Shown here: positions 21,637-32,027 of the stretch, in pieces
Position numbering within the stretch: position 1 is the stretch's first letter
How the letters are laid out: each line of letters begins with the position of its first letter
Assembly: GCA_963665665.1 (NCBI GenBank)
Contig: OY762428.1
Coordinates: 5,248,001 to 5,312,000 of the forward strand
Direction of reading: 5' to 3'
DNA length: 64,000 bases
Source of the DNA: Candidatus Kapaibacterium sp.
GTDB lineage: Bacteria; Bacteroidota; Ignavibacteria; Kapaibacteriales; UBA2268
Notes under the pieces: generated by a model
The model's input: only the letters and a program-made list of their open reading frames with translations
Database searches by the model: none
Told to the model about the DNA's origin: nothing
Made by a program: the position numbers and the translations under genes

Positions 21637-22413
21637 CTATAAAAGCCTGTTTAATACAACTGCTGATGCAGCTGCAACATTTATTGATTCGATATTGTCG
21701 GTGATTGGAATATGAACAACAGCATCGCTTATATTCAATATTCCTTCGGATATGCCCCGGCCCTCACTGCCAAAAACGAGAACTGAACTTTCAGGAAAAG
21801 AAAAATCACTGACCGGAATTGATTTATTAGTAATTTCGACAGATATCACTTTAGTGCCCGATGACTTTAACTGTTGCAAATCATCAATAATATTTGTCGA
21901 TTTCCTGCAATCTACGTAAAATATGCCACCCTGAGATACCCTAACAGCCCGGCGCATAAACGGGGAGCTTGTTTCGGAATCCCAAAGCAAAGATTTAATG
22001 CCAAATGCCGCACAATTCCTTATTATCGCTCCAACATTTTCAGACTTTAATATCCCGTTAAGAACAACCATTGGAAAGGGGAGAGCCGTCAATTCCTTTT
22101 CTTCCGGCTGCCGGGCCATCGCCATAATACCTTTATGAAGCCGAAAGCCGACAATCTGATCCATTATTTTTTTATCAGCAAAAAATAATGATGAAGATGA
22201 AATATTATTATTTTCAATAGCTTTGCCGTATTGCTTAAAGTACTTTTCAAGAGCAAATATTGAAACTATCTCGAAGTCACTTCTTATTAGTTGCTTGAAT
22301 AGCCTGTCACCTTCTGCGATGAAAATATTATCGCGGGTATGGGATTCCGGCGTGTATTTAAGCGAACGGTAATGCTCAATTCGCGGGTCGTCAATATTTT
22401 TTATCTGAATCAT
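21637..22413 (-). CDS. TrmH/SpoU-family RNA methyltransferase
   Basis: FIAEG, NVGAIIR, VFGSEGRG, ESINVAAA. Confidence 0.92.
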   Translation of the reverse strand: MIQIKNIDDPRIEHYRSLKYTPESHTRDNIFIAEGDRLFKQLIRSDFEIVSIFALEKYFKQYGKAIENNNISSSSLFFADKKIMDQIVGFRLHKGIMAMARQPEEKELTALPFPMVVLNGILKSENVGAIIRNCAAFGIKSLLWDSETSSPFMRRAVRVSQGGIFYVDCRKSTNIIDDLQQLKSSGTKVISVEITNKSIPVSDFSFPESSVLVFGSEGRGISEGILNISDAVVHIPITDNIESINVAAASAVVLNRLL

Positions 22414-22425
22414 TCTATAAAATAT

Positions 22426-22449
22426 AAAAAAGGCGGGAAAAACCCGCCT
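22426..22449 (-). terminator. Intrinsic terminator after pruA
   Basis: AGGCGGG-AAAAA-CCCGCCT with an A tract on the plus strand. Confidence 0.75.
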
Positions 22450-22474
22450 CAAATATTCAAACTAAATAAAGATA

Positions 22475-24040
22475 TTAGTCTTTTGTTGTGATGTCAGTGA
22501 TCTTTTCGCTGACTGATTTGCCCTGTGTGAAGAGAGCAAGATAATCACGGCTGCCGGCTTTTGAATCTGTACCGGACATATTGAAACCGCCAAATGGGTG
22601 AACGTCAACGATAGCGCCGGTACATTTACGGTTGAAGTAAAGGTTACCTACGTGGAATTCACGGGCTGCGCGGTCGAGTTTTTCCCTGTTCATAGAGTAA
22701 ACAGCGCCAGTCAGACCATAGATTGTGTTATTAGCTATTTCAAGGCCATGGTCGTAGTTATCTGATTTGATAACTGCAAGTACCGGGCCGAAGATTTCTT
22801 CCTGAGAGATTCTTGCCATAGGATCAATGTCGATAAATACAGTAGGCTCAATGTAATATCCGTTAAGTCCTTCAACTTTTTTACCGCCTGTAAGAAGTTT
22901 ACCTTCTTCATTTCCGATCTTGATGTACTCAAGAATGCTGTTTTCAGCTGCCTGGTTAATAACCGGGCCCATGCGAACGTCATCCATCGGATCACCGATT
23001 TTGATTTCTTCAACTGCAGCTTTAAGTTTTGTATTAAATTCATCATAGATTGATGCGTCAACGATTGCCCTTGAGCAAGCTGAGCATTTCTGGCCCTGGA
23101 ATCCATAAGCTGAAGCAACAACGCCTGCAACTGCATCATCAACATTTGCTTCGCTGTCAACAACGATAGTGTCTTTACCGCCCATTTCAGCTATAACGCG
23201 TTTAATCCAGATCTGGCCTTCTGATTTTTTAGCTGCCAGTTCGTTTATCCTGAGGCCGACTTCCATTGAACCTGTAAAGGAGATAAAGCGTGTTTTCGGA
23301 TGCTGAACCATGTAGTCACCAGCCTGGGCGCCACTTGCAACGAAGAAGTTAAGAACGCCGTCGGGAAGCCCTACTTCTCTCATTACGTCAGCAAAGAGCC
23401 ATGCCATTTTCGGTGTATCGGATGAAGGTTTCATTACAACTGTGTTACCGGAAACAATTGCTGCACTTGTGATACCAAGCATGATAGCAAACGGGAAGTT
23501 CCACGGCGGAATACAGATACCAACGCCAAGAGGGATATAGAAGTATTTGTTTTTTTCGCCCGGGAAAGGAGTAAGGTCCTGATTCTGTGAGTAGCGAACT
23601 GCTTCGCGTGCATAAAATTCAAGGAAATCTATTGCTTCGCAAGTATCGGCATCGGCTTCAATGAAATTTTTACCTGCTTCAGAGATCATCCATGCGTTGA
23701 TCTCGTAGCGGCGCTGACGAAGAATTTCGGCAGCTTTCAGAAGATACTGTGCTCTTTCTTCAGCAGGAACGTTTTTCCATGTTTCAAAAGCTTTTGCTGC
23801 TGATTGAATGGCAGCTTCAGCATCATCTTTTCCGCCTTTTTGGAATGTACCGATAAGTTCGTCGGCGCGGCCGGGATTGTATGATAAAGTTTTCTTTTCT
23901 GTCAGAACTTCTTTGCCGTCAATAATATTGGGGTATTCTTTTCCGAACTCTGCGCGTACTTTTTCCAGCGCTGCTTTCTGTGCTTTTGCGTGCTCTTCCT
24001 TGGAAAAGTCGAAAGGCATCAAATTTTCAAACGTTGTCAT
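22475..24040 (-). CDS. pruA: L-glutamate gamma-semialdehyde (P5C) dehydrogenase
   Basis: EAIDFLEFYAR, PWNFP, FTGS, AEMGGKD, GQKCSACSR, EEIFGP, NRKCTGA, PFGGFNMSGTDSKAG. Confidence 0.93.
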   Translation of the reverse strand: MTTFENLMPFDFSKEEHAKAQKAALEKVRAEFGKEYPNIIDGKEVLTEKKTLSYNPGRADELIGTFQKGGKDDAEAAIQSAAKAFETWKNVPAEERAQYLLKAAEILRQRRYEINAWMISEAGKNFIEADADTCEAIDFLEFYAREAVRYSQNQDLTPFPGEKNKYFYIPLGVGICIPPWNFPFAIMLGITSAAIVSGNTVVMKPSSDTPKMAWLFADVMREVGLPDGVLNFFVASGAQAGDYMVQHPKTRFISFTGSMEVGLRINELAAKKSEGQIWIKRVIAEMGGKDTIVVDSEANVDDAVAGVVASAYGFQGQKCSACSRAIVDASIYDEFNTKLKAAVEEIKIGDPMDDVRMGPVINQAAENSILEYIKIGNEEGKLLTGGKKVEGLNGYYIEPTVFIDIDPMARISQEEIFGPVLAVIKSDNYDHGLEIANNTIYGLTGAVYSMNREKLDRAAREFHVGNLYFNRKCTGAIVDVHPFGGFNMSGTDSKAGSRDYLALFTQGKSVSEKITDITTKD

Positions 24041-24252
24041 TAAACCTTCTCCAATTGTGTAAAATTTTAGTTTATAATTATTTAGCGGCATTTTCAATTC
24101 AAAAAAAACACTTGTATAATTATGTAATGCCATAAGAATTACAAAGATAACTAAGTATTAATATTTTAACAAGAATAATAAATAAATGTGGATAATATTT
24201 AGAGTTGAATATATAGATTTCAAATAATCTAAATGTCAAAAATTGGATATAT

Positions 24253-24879
24253 CTATAATTTCGGAAATACTTTCTTTTTTAATTCAGGAATACTTCCGCT
24301 TAAAAAAACTATTGAAAGCCATAAAACAATTACAACGAAAACAGTTGTTCCCATTTCTGTTTCGGTTATTAAAAGCCCGCTGAAAAGATTTATAACTGAT
24401 TGAACGCCTGAGGATAACTCAACAGTTTCAAATTTTCCCTGCTCGCCTGATAAGAAAAATATTATGAATTTAAAGAATATGAATAAATTTGCTAAAATGG
24501 CTCCAATTACTGCGTAATGTAATCTTTTCCTGAAGTTCAGCGGTGTGGCAAGAAAGAAAATGATTATAAGGAAGATTGGAATCAATACAAAAGTACGTAC
24601 ATTAGCCCGCTGGACTTTAGAGAGTATTCTGCCATCAGGGGCTACAAATTCAATGTTTCCAATTTTTATTTTTATCCTGAAGTATCCCTGATTTGGTAGT
24701 TTTTCAGTTTCATTTTCGATAATTCTTTTGTCTGAATCAGTAAGAATTCTGAAAACCGGTTGTGTCAGGCTTCCGTAAATATCGGCTGCAGGTTTGCTCA
24801 GAACAGGGGAGAGTATCTGGAAAATTATTATCCCTGCAAGAATTATTGCACTGAAAAGTGTTATCTGGCGAATGTTCAT
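24253..24879 (-). CDS. Exosortase-associated membrane protein (putative)
   Basis: Multi-TM with LATP motif; 4-nt overlap with the exosortase gene. Confidence 0.65.
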   Translation of the reverse strand: MNIRQITLFSAIILAGIIIFQILSPVLSKPAADIYGSLTQPVFRILTDSDKRIIENETEKLPNQGYFRIKIKIGNIEFVAPDGRILSKVQRANVRTFVLIPIFLIIIFFLATPLNFRKRLHYAVIGAILANLFIFFKFIIFFLSGEQGKFETVELSSGVQSVINLFSGLLITETEMGTTVFVVIVLWLSIVFLSGSIPELKKKVFPKL

Positions 24880-25436
24880 GCTGTTTTATCCAATTTGGAT
24901 TTATTAAAAGCCCAGTTAATCCATATCAGCCATGTTATCATAGCGAAAATTATAAATATTATCGGAAAAATTTCCGTGTGGAACTGTTCGAACATCGAAT
25001 GCCAGTGAATGCCGATATAATATAAAGCAACAATGCGTAATACATTTAAAACAATAAGAATTAACGATCCTGCAACAATTCCCTGCCACTTGAATTTCCA
25101 GGCAAGCGGAAAGGCAATCAATGCAGCGAGAAATAATACAAGTGGTTCGCTTCCTTCACAGCCGACACCAATGGTCAGCATGAAGCGGGGTGAGCTTAGC
25201 ATTATTCCGCTTTGCACCGCATCTTCACCAAACACATTCAATACTATGACAGAAAGCCAGGCGTTAAAAGAAGAGAATGATTCAAGAAATCCCTCGCTCA
25301 GACCGGTTTTTAACAAAATATAGTAAGTGGAAACTATGGCTACAAATCCTGCAAGGAATTTAATCAGGAGGATTTTACTTTTCTTTTTATCTTTTTTTTC
25401 AACTGCTTTTGAAAGTTTTGTTGTTTTCTTCGACAT
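24876..25436 (-). CDS. Exosortase/archaeosortase family transpeptidase (XrtH-like)
   Basis: GVGCEG (Cys), NVLRI (Arg), QFH (His) triad in a short multi-TM protein. Confidence 0.85.
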   Translation of the reverse strand: MSKKTTKLSKAVEKKDKKKSKILLIKFLAGFVAIVSTYYILLKTGLSEGFLESFSSFNAWLSVIVLNVFGEDAVQSGIMLSSPRFMLTIGVGCEGSEPLVLFLAALIAFPLAWKFKWQGIVAGSLILIVLNVLRIVALYYIGIHWHSMFEQFHTEIFPIIFIIFAMITWLIWINWAFNKSKLDKTA

Positions 25437-25477
25437 AAAAAATATTCATTTGATTATTTTACTAAAAAACAAAAATA

Positions 25478-25503
25478 AAAAAAAGCCGCTGAATAAGCGG
25501 CTT
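25478..25503 (-). terminator. Terminator of the decarboxylase operon
   Basis: AAGCCGCT-GAATA-AGCGGCTT with an A tract on the plus strand. Confidence 0.75.
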
Positions 25504-25528
25504 AATAAAAAATAAATTTTATTTTTAA

Positions 25529-26671
25529 TTAGAATCCAAGAAGGAAACTCAACAGAATACCGGCAGCTACGGCAGAACCGATAACACCTGATACATTAGG
25601 CGCCATGGCATGCATAAGCAGGTAATTGGTCGGGTCTTCTTTAAGTCCCATACTGTGAACAACCCTTGCTGAATCAGGAACAGCGGAAACACCTGCCGCC
25701 CCTATCATCGGGTTGATTTTATCATCGTCTTTAAGGAAAAGATTCATAATCTTGGCAAATATCAACCCGCCTGCTGTTGCAATCATAAAGGAGATAGCAC
25801 CGAGTATGAAAATAAATACAGACTGCGGGGTCAAAAATGTTGTTGCCTGGGTTGATGCTCCAACAGTAAGCCCGAGCAGAATAGTAACAATGTCGATCAG
25901 TGAATTACTTGCAGTATCAGCTAATCGTTTTGTTACGCCGGATTCTTTCAGCAGGTTGCCGAAGAAAAGCATACCGAGAAGCGGGAGTGCACCCGGAGAA
26001 ATAAAACAGGTAAGAATAATGCCAATGATGGGGAAAATTCTTTTTTCTGTTTTTGAAACTGCACGCGGCGGTTTCATTTTGATTTTTCTTTCTTTTTCTG
26101 AAGTCAGAAGTTTGATAATCGGCGGCTGAATAACCGGTACAAGCGCCATATACGAATAAGCCGCTATAGCAATAGCACCGAGCAGCTCGGGAGCAAGCTT
26201 CGATGAAAGAAAGATAGCCGTCGGGCCGTCTGCTCCGCCAATGATACCTATAGCGCCGGCCTGATCCGGAGTAAATCCGAGAGCCAGGGCGGCAAGAAAT
26301 GTTGCAAAAATACCTACCTGAGCCGCAGCCCCGAGTATCATCAATTTCGGGTTCGACAATAGTGCGGAAAAATCGGTCATTGCTCCGATACCAAGGAAGA
26401 TCAGGGGTGGGTAAACTCCTTTCAGCACGCCAAAGTATAGGTAGTTCAAAACCGATCCCTGCTCGTAAATACCAAGCTGAAGCCCGGCATCTTCGATAAA
26501 TGGTACATTTCCCACTAAAATGCCGAATCCTATTGGCACAAGCAGAAGCGGTTCATAATCATATTTTATTGCCAGATAAATAAACACCAGGCCGACAAGT
26601 ATCATAACCAGGTGGCCGATTGTTACATTGGCAAATCCCGTGTATTCAATAAACTGGTATAAGCCTTCCAT
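25529..26671 (-). CDS. Na+-translocating decarboxylase beta subunit (OadB/MmdB family)
   Basis: EPLLLVPIGFG, GIIGGADGPTAIF, AYSYMALVP, GVSAVP, HAMAPNVSGVIGS. Confidence 0.95.
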   Translation of the reverse strand: MEGLYQFIEYTGFANVTIGHLVMILVGLVFIYLAIKYDYEPLLLVPIGFGILVGNVPFIEDAGLQLGIYEQGSVLNYLYFGVLKGVYPPLIFLGIGAMTDFSALLSNPKLMILGAAAQVGIFATFLAALALGFTPDQAGAIGIIGGADGPTAIFLSSKLAPELLGAIAIAAYSYMALVPVIQPPIIKLLTSEKERKIKMKPPRAVSKTEKRIFPIIGIILTCFISPGALPLLGMLFFGNLLKESGVTKRLADTASNSLIDIVTILLGLTVGASTQATTFLTPQSVFIFILGAISFMIATAGGLIFAKIMNLFLKDDDKINPMIGAAGVSAVPDSARVVHSMGLKEDPTNYLLMHAMAPNVSGVIGSAVAAGILLSFLLGF

Positions 26672-26676
26672 TTGTA

Positions 26677-27114
26677 TTAATCTCCTATCTCTACAAGTAC
26701 ATCGCCTTCAAGAACGGAATCGCCATTGTTAACCTTAACGGCACTGATTGTTCCGGCCCTGTCTGCTTTAATGTCATTTTCCATTTTCATAGCTTCCATA
26801 ACAAGAAGTGTCTGCCCCATGGTAACGCTGTCTCCGGTTTTAACTTTCATTTCCAGGATAGTTCCGGGTAATGGAGCCTTAATACCGCCACTTCCTTTTC
26901 TTTCAGCGGGCTTGCTTGTTTTTGCCTTGCCTGACTCGTGTACCTGGTGAGCCTGGCTACGAATAAGAGTAGGAGTTTTGCTTGTTTTTATTTCTTTATC
27001 TATTGACACCTGGTAAGAAGTGCCGTTAACTTCAATTTCTGCGATATTGTCTTCCATTTTCTGGATTTCAACATCATATTGGTTTCCGCGAATTGTAAAC
27101 TTGAATTTTTTCAT
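26677..27114 (-). CDS. Biotin carboxyl carrier subunit (MmdC-like)
   Basis: APLPG and EAMKMEN biotinylation motif. Confidence 0.95.
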   Translation of the reverse strand: MKKFKFTIRGNQYDVEIQKMEDNIAEIEVNGTSYQVSIDKEIKTSKTPTLIRSQAHQVHESGKAKTSKPAERKGSGGIKAPLPGTILEMKVKTGDSVTMGQTLLVMEAMKMENDIKADRAGTISAVKVNNGDSVLEGDVLVEIGD

Positions 27115-27143
27115 TTTTTCTGCCGTTTATGATTTATAAAATA

Positions 27144-27581
27144 TCAGCTTCCCTTAGGATTTCGAGTAAAGTTGTATACTTTGGAATTCCAGGGGGAATA
27201 CCTTCTCTGAATTTTATCAAATGTTACAACATAGTTTTCCATGTCGTGAGCTTCTTCGAAATGCAGGTAAAGAGCCATAGCTATTGCAGCGTTTATATCA
27301 CCGCTGATGTGAAGTTCGGGTCTGTCTGCCGATCTGTGCCCCTCGCTTTTAAGGCGTTTTCTTTGGGATCTGGTCATTATCTTTGCAAGCATTGTAACAA
27401 TAAAAGCAAGGAAAATCAGAGCCAGAAAAACAATTATATAACTTAAAATGGACTGGGTTATGCCATCGGCTTCGATAATATTGCCAAGATTGAATGACAA
27501 ACTGCCCAATTTGTCGCTGCTTGCGGCTTCTGTGGCAGTTTCTACTACCTTTAATATCATATTGTTAATAATACCAAACAT
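27144..27581 (-). CDS. OadG/MmdD-family decarboxylase subunit
   Basis: Single TM (IVFLALIFL), AAIAMAL, SPWNSK. Confidence 0.85.
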   Translation of the reverse strand: MFGIINNMILKVVETATEAASSDKLGSLSFNLGNIIEADGITQSILSYIIVFLALIFLAFIVTMLAKIMTRSQRKRLKSEGHRSADRPELHISGDINAAIAMALYLHFEEAHDMENYVVTFDKIQRRYSPWNSKVYNFTRNPKGS

Positions 27582-27593
27582 TCTTTCCTCGTT

Positions 27594-29153
27594 TTATAAT
27601 GGAATATTACCATGTTTTCTTGGCAGGTTCCTGTCCTTTTTCGTTGTCAGCATTTGCAATGCCCTGATGATCCTGAACCTTGTATTCCTAGGTTCGATAA
27701 CATCGTCGATGTAACCATATTTAGCGGCAACATAAGGATTCGCAAATTTTTCGCGATATTCCGCTTCTTTGACGGCAATAAATTTTAGTTTTTCTTCATC
27801 CTTATCAATTTTTTTCAAATCGCGTTGGTGAAGAACTTCAACTGCGCCTTTGGCTCCCATTACAGCTATTTCTGCATTTGGCCATGCGTAGTTGATATCG
27901 CCGCGAAGGTGCTTGGATGACATCACGTCATAAGCTCCGCCGTAAGCTTTTCTCAGGATGATTGTAATTTTCGGAACTGTAGCTTCGCCGAAAGCGTAAA
28001 GCAATTTAGCTCCGTGAATGATAATTCCGCCGTATTCCTGTGCTGTTCCGGGAAGGAAACCGGGAACGTCAACCAGTGTGATAACCGGTATATTGAAGGA
28101 GTCGCAGAAGCGAACAAATCGTGCACCTTTTCTTGAAGCATTTATATCAAGAACGCCTGCAAGATAGTTTGGCTGATTTGCAACAATACCTACCGGCTGT
28201 CCATTGAATTTTGCAAAACCTACAACCATATTCTGTGCATAATAACGCTGAACTTCTAAAAACTCACCATAATCTGCTATAGAGTGAATAACATCTTTAA
28301 CATTATAAGGTTTGTTAGGATTGTCGGGAATGATTTCATTCAGTGCGTCTTCAAGTCTTTCTATCGGGTCGTCGCACTGAGTTACAGGTGGTTCTTCCAT
28401 ATTGTTTTGGGGAATGTAGCTGAAAAGTTTCCTCAGAAGCATAATGCCTTCTTCTTCATTTTCAGCAACGAAATGATTAACACCTGATTTAGTGGCATGA
28501 ACCATCGGCCCGCCAAGTTCTTCGGTAGTAACGATCTCGTTCGTAACAGTTTTCACTACTTTGGGGCCGGTAACAAACATATAGCTTGTGTCTTTGGCCA
28601 TGATAATAAAGTCTGTAAGAGCAGGAGAGTAAACAGCTCCGCCGGCACATGGGCCGAAAATAGCAGAAAGCTGTGGAACAACACCTGATGCCATGATATT
28701 TCTCTGGAAGATATCAGCATAACCACCAAGTGAAACAACACCTTCCTGGATACGAGCTCCGCCACTGTCATTTATTCCGATAATCGGGGCACCCATTTTC
28801 ATTGCCTTATCCATTACTTTACAAATTTTCTGCGCGTACATTTCAGATAATGAACCGCCGAAAACAGTAAAGTCCTGCGAGAAAATATAAACAAGCCTGC
28901 CGTCAATAGTACCGTAACCTGTAACAACACCATCAGAAAGATATTGCTCATTTTCCAGCCCGAAATCGATACATCTGTGCGAAACAAACATATCAAATTC
29001 TTCGAAACTACCATCATCAAGGAGCATATCGATACGTTCCCTGGCCGTGAACTTCCCTTTCTTGTGCTGCGATTCAATTCTTCTTTCACCGCCGCCTAGA
29101 CGCGCTTTCTCGCGCATATCCATTAAGTCTTTAATTCTTTCTTCAATGGCCAT
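27594..29153 (-). CDS. Acyl-CoA carboxyltransferase (methylmalonyl-CoA decarboxylase alpha / PccB-like)
   Basis: [53 protein letters not shown]. Operon context favours the MmdA role. Confidence 0.93.
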   Translation of the reverse strand: MAIEERIKDLMDMREKARLGGGERRIESQHKKGKFTARERIDMLLDDGSFEEFDMFVSHRCIDFGLENEQYLSDGVVTGYGTIDGRLVYIFSQDFTVFGGSLSEMYAQKICKVMDKAMKMGAPIIGINDSGGARIQEGVVSLGGYADIFQRNIMASGVVPQLSAIFGPCAGGAVYSPALTDFIIMAKDTSYMFVTGPKVVKTVTNEIVTTEELGGPMVHATKSGVNHFVAENEEEGIMLLRKLFSYIPQNNMEEPPVTQCDDPIERLEDALNEIIPDNPNKPYNVKDVIHSIADYGEFLEVQRYYAQNMVVGFAKFNGQPVGIVANQPNYLAGVLDINASRKGARFVRFCDSFNIPVITLVDVPGFLPGTAQEYGGIIIHGAKLLYAFGEATVPKITIILRKAYGGAYDVMSSKHLRGDINYAWPNAEIAVMGAKGAVEVLHQRDLKKIDKDEEKLKFIAVKEAEYREKFANPYVAAKYGYIDDVIEPRNTRFRIIRALQMLTTKKDRNLPRKHGNIPL

Positions 29154-29619
29154 TTTAAACCCTTTTTCGGAAATGATTATATATAAATCGTTTGTTTATT
29201 TTCAATTTCAATAACTCTGTATAAAAATCCATGCATATAATATAAATTACATGCCATAAAAGGAGAATTGCTATAAATATCTATAACATATAAAGATAAG
29301 GTTTTCATGTAACTTTCAATATTTGCATTATTGAGAATTTCTTTTTCAAAATCGAAAATCATTAAAAGTTTTTTTTAAAAGCTTCTGATCATCAGATTCA
29401 ATAGCTGCAAATTAAATAATATTGCCGAAAATTAAAAATCAATTATCTCTATAAATTATTGATAATTAAATGATTAAATATTCATACCAAAATTTTTGTA
29501 TTCCATCTGTTGCATCAATTTGAAATAAGTAAAAAAATCAAATTATAGCGGAATTTTGCTACAAAAAAAAAATTGTTATAGTTTTGCGAAAATATTTGAT
29601 AATAAAATTGAGAACACTA

Positions 29620-30447
29620 ATGAAACATTTTTGGATAATTGCTGTTTTTGCAATCATGGTTGTAAGTTGCGGGAGTGAAAAAAATGATAACAAAATTGAA
29701 AAATCAGATGACACCAATGATAATTCAAAAAATGAGATGCCAGCGACAGCCGAAAAAATGCAACCTGACCTTGCGAAGAAAACCGATTTGAGTAGTGATG
29801 ACCAAACTGAAGAGATTATTAATCAGCATTTTAAAGCAAGGGGACAGGATAGACTCTCTGAAGTGAAAATTCTGGGAACAAAAGGTTCTTTCACACAAGG
29901 GCAATATAAGAGTGATTTTTTCTCGTTTATTTCCAGACCCGGAAAGTATTATTTTGAAGGCACTTTCGGAGATAAAAAATTCGTGCAGGTATTTGACGGT
30001 GAGCACGGCTGGGCAATAAAGCCATGGATTCCTGATTCGGTTACTGCTATTGGTGGTATGCAGCTTGCTGCTATGAAGGAGCAGGCAAATATGGACGGAC
30101 AGCTTCACAACTGGAAATCAAAATATCTGGCTGTTAATTATATAGGAGAAGGAAACGTAAGGGGCAAACCTGCGTATATCCTGAATGTAAAAAGAACTGA
30201 TGGCAACGAGGTTAAATATTTCATAGGCAAAACAAGCTTTCTTGTATTAAAAACGGAATCTACCGCAAATTATAACGGACAAAATGTGACGACAGAATCC
30301 TTTATGCTTGATCATAAGAAAATTGACGGGATATTCTTTCCATTCAGATATGAAACTGTTGCCAATGGAAGTATAATAAGCGAGATAAATGTAAAAGAAA
30401 TTACTATCGATCCTGAAATTGATAAGTCAATATTCAAGAAACCATAA
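29620..30447 (+). CDS. Lipoprotein, LolA-like/outer-membrane sorting-protein-like fold (putative)
   Basis: Lipobox VVSC; FDGEHGW, DHKKIDGIFFPF, IDKSIFKKP. Confidence 0.75.
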   Translation: MKHFWIIAVFAIMVVSCGSEKNDNKIEKSDDTNDNSKNEMPATAEKMQPDLAKKTDLSSDDQTEEIINQHFKARGQDRLSEVKILGTKGSFTQGQYKSDFFSFISRPGKYYFEGTFGDKKFVQVFDGEHGWAIKPWIPDSVTAIGGMQLAAMKEQANMDGQLHNWKSKYLAVNYIGEGNVRGKPAYILNVKRTDGNEVKYFIGKTSFLVLKTESTANYNGQNVTTESFMLDHKKIDGIFFPFRYETVANGSIISEINVKEITIDPEIDKSIFKKP

Positions 30448-30471
30448 AACTTCAAAATATTTAAAAATATT

Positions 30472-30508
30472 AAATTTATCCGATGACTGAATAGCATCGG
30501 ATAAATTT
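30472..30508. repeat. ATCCGATGACT...CATCGGAT palindrome between convergent genes (second copy at 43424-43460)
   Basis: AAATTTATCCGATG...CATCGGATAAATTT; the related TTACTCATCCGATGACTTCAAGTCATCGGATGAGTAA follows the 42148 gene. Confidence 0.7.
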
Positions 30509-30585
30509 GCTTGGATTGTAAACAGAACAATAATTGAAATTTACATTAGTGCCAACTTCTGTTTGTCAATTCGTATATTTCCGGT

Positions 30586-31140
30586 TTACTTCCATTTAAT
30601 ATTACATCCAATTGATGGTATTTGAACATCCGGTATGGGCTGTCCGTCATTTACAGAATCAAGAACAGCACGAATATCTTTACCTGTAACAGGAATAGTA
30701 TTTCCCGGACGCGAACTATCAAGCTGGCCACGGTAAATTAGTTCCATTGCATTATTGTAAATAAAAAAATCCGGAGTGCAGGCTGCACCGTATGCCATAG
30801 CTATTGCCTGTGATTCATCATACAGATAGGGGAAAGGATAGCCCAGGTTTTCGGCATATTCCTTCATTTTTTCGAATGAATCTTCAGGATAATTTTCTGC
30901 ATCGTTTGAACTGATTGCAATGAAGCTGAAACCTTTTTGGATATATTCTTCGGCAAGTTTTACAAGCTGTTCATTTACATGTTTTACAAACGGACAGTGG
31001 TTGCAGATAAACATTATTACGGTTGCTTTTTCAGACCTCATTTCTTCAAGTGAAATATTTTTTCCACTTATTGGATCAGGAAGTGAAAAGTCACGGGCCT
31101 TGCTGCCAATATCTATCATTTTTGAAGCTGTTTCTGCCAT
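30586..31140 (-). CDS. Thioredoxin-like/AhpC-TSA family protein
   Basis: FICNHCPFV, YPFPYLYDE, AACTPDFF, YRGQLD, SIGCNIKWK. Confidence 0.92.
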   Translation of the reverse strand: MAETASKMIDIGSKARDFSLPDPISGKNISLEEMRSEKATVIMFICNHCPFVKHVNEQLVKLAEEYIQKGFSFIAISSNDAENYPEDSFEKMKEYAENLGYPFPYLYDESQAIAMAYGAACTPDFFIYNNAMELIYRGQLDSSRPGNTIPVTGKDIRAVLDSVNDGQPIPDVQIPSIGCNIKWK

Positions 31141-31437
31141 AATTAGTAAAAAATTAATTCAACAAAATATAAATTTCTTATCCGGAATAACGAAAAGAGG
31201 CAAATAAGATTTTGGGTTGGCTAAAAATTATCCTTATTCTATTGTTGTAATTTTATAATCAAAAAAATTTAAATTATTATTCTGTAATAAAATATCATAT
31301 TTATTAATGGAATATTAAAATAACATTAATAATTAAAAATATATATTCCATAAGCAATTGTCATATAGTTAGATACTAAAATATTTCGTATATTGAAATA
31401 ATATTTTATTATATACAATAACCTATGGGAGGTTAAT

Positions 31438-31650
31438 TTGGAAAACGAGAAGAAAATGAAGTACGAAGTTCCGGAAGTTATTGGCTTTGAATGGATGAAC
31501 TCGATAGGAACTTGTTTTTCGAATGGTTCTGCTGATACTGGAAGATGTAGCGGAAATGGATTAACAGCGAATTATACTTGTGCCGGCAATGGTAATACGG
31601 CATTAACCCAATGTCAGGCTCAGGGAAGCGGTTTTACCGGAGGAACTTGA
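31438..31650 (+). CDS. Cys-periodic peptide 1, candidate RiPP precursor (70 aa)
   Basis: GGGAGG RBS at 31427-31432, TTG start; leader MENEKKMKYEVPEVIGFEWM; core with 4 Cys at Cx10C spacing. Confidence 0.8.
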   Translation: MENEKKMKYEVPEVIGFEWMNSIGTCFSNGSADTGRCSGNGLTANYTCAGNGNTALTQCQAQGSGFTGGT

Positions 31651-31716
31651 TTCTTAATATTTGTGATACTATTTTATTTGCTTCGACAAAAAATAGATCA
31701 ATTTTGCGAGAATAAA

Positions 31717-31959
31717 ATGGAAAATGAGAAGAAAATGAAATATGAAGTTCCTGAAGTGATTGGTTTTGAATGGATGCAGTCAATTGGTACTTGTTCGTCC
31801 GGATCTGCTGATGGTTACAATTGCAGTGCTGACGGTAATTCAGCCGGTTCATCTTGCAGCGGTCATGGTATGGTTCCTGACGGAGGATGCAATCTGGCCG
31901 GATTAGGTGATACTGCTGCAGGTTGTTCAATAGGATTTGACGCAGCAACATTTAATTAA
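31717..31959 (+). CDS. Cys-periodic peptide 2, candidate RiPP precursor (80 aa)
   Basis: ATG 31717; identical 20-aa leader with synonymous nucleotide differences; core with 5 Cys (x9, x10, x10, x11). Confidence 0.8.
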   Translation: MENEKKMKYEVPEVIGFEWMQSIGTCSSGSADGYNCSADGNSAGSSCSGHGMVPDGGCNLAGLGDTAAGCSIGFDAATFN

Positions 31960-32027
31960 TTCCATTTCTATTCAACCCCATTTTTAGCTATTTTTGCAAT
32001 AGTTTATAAATTATTGCAGGAATAGAA

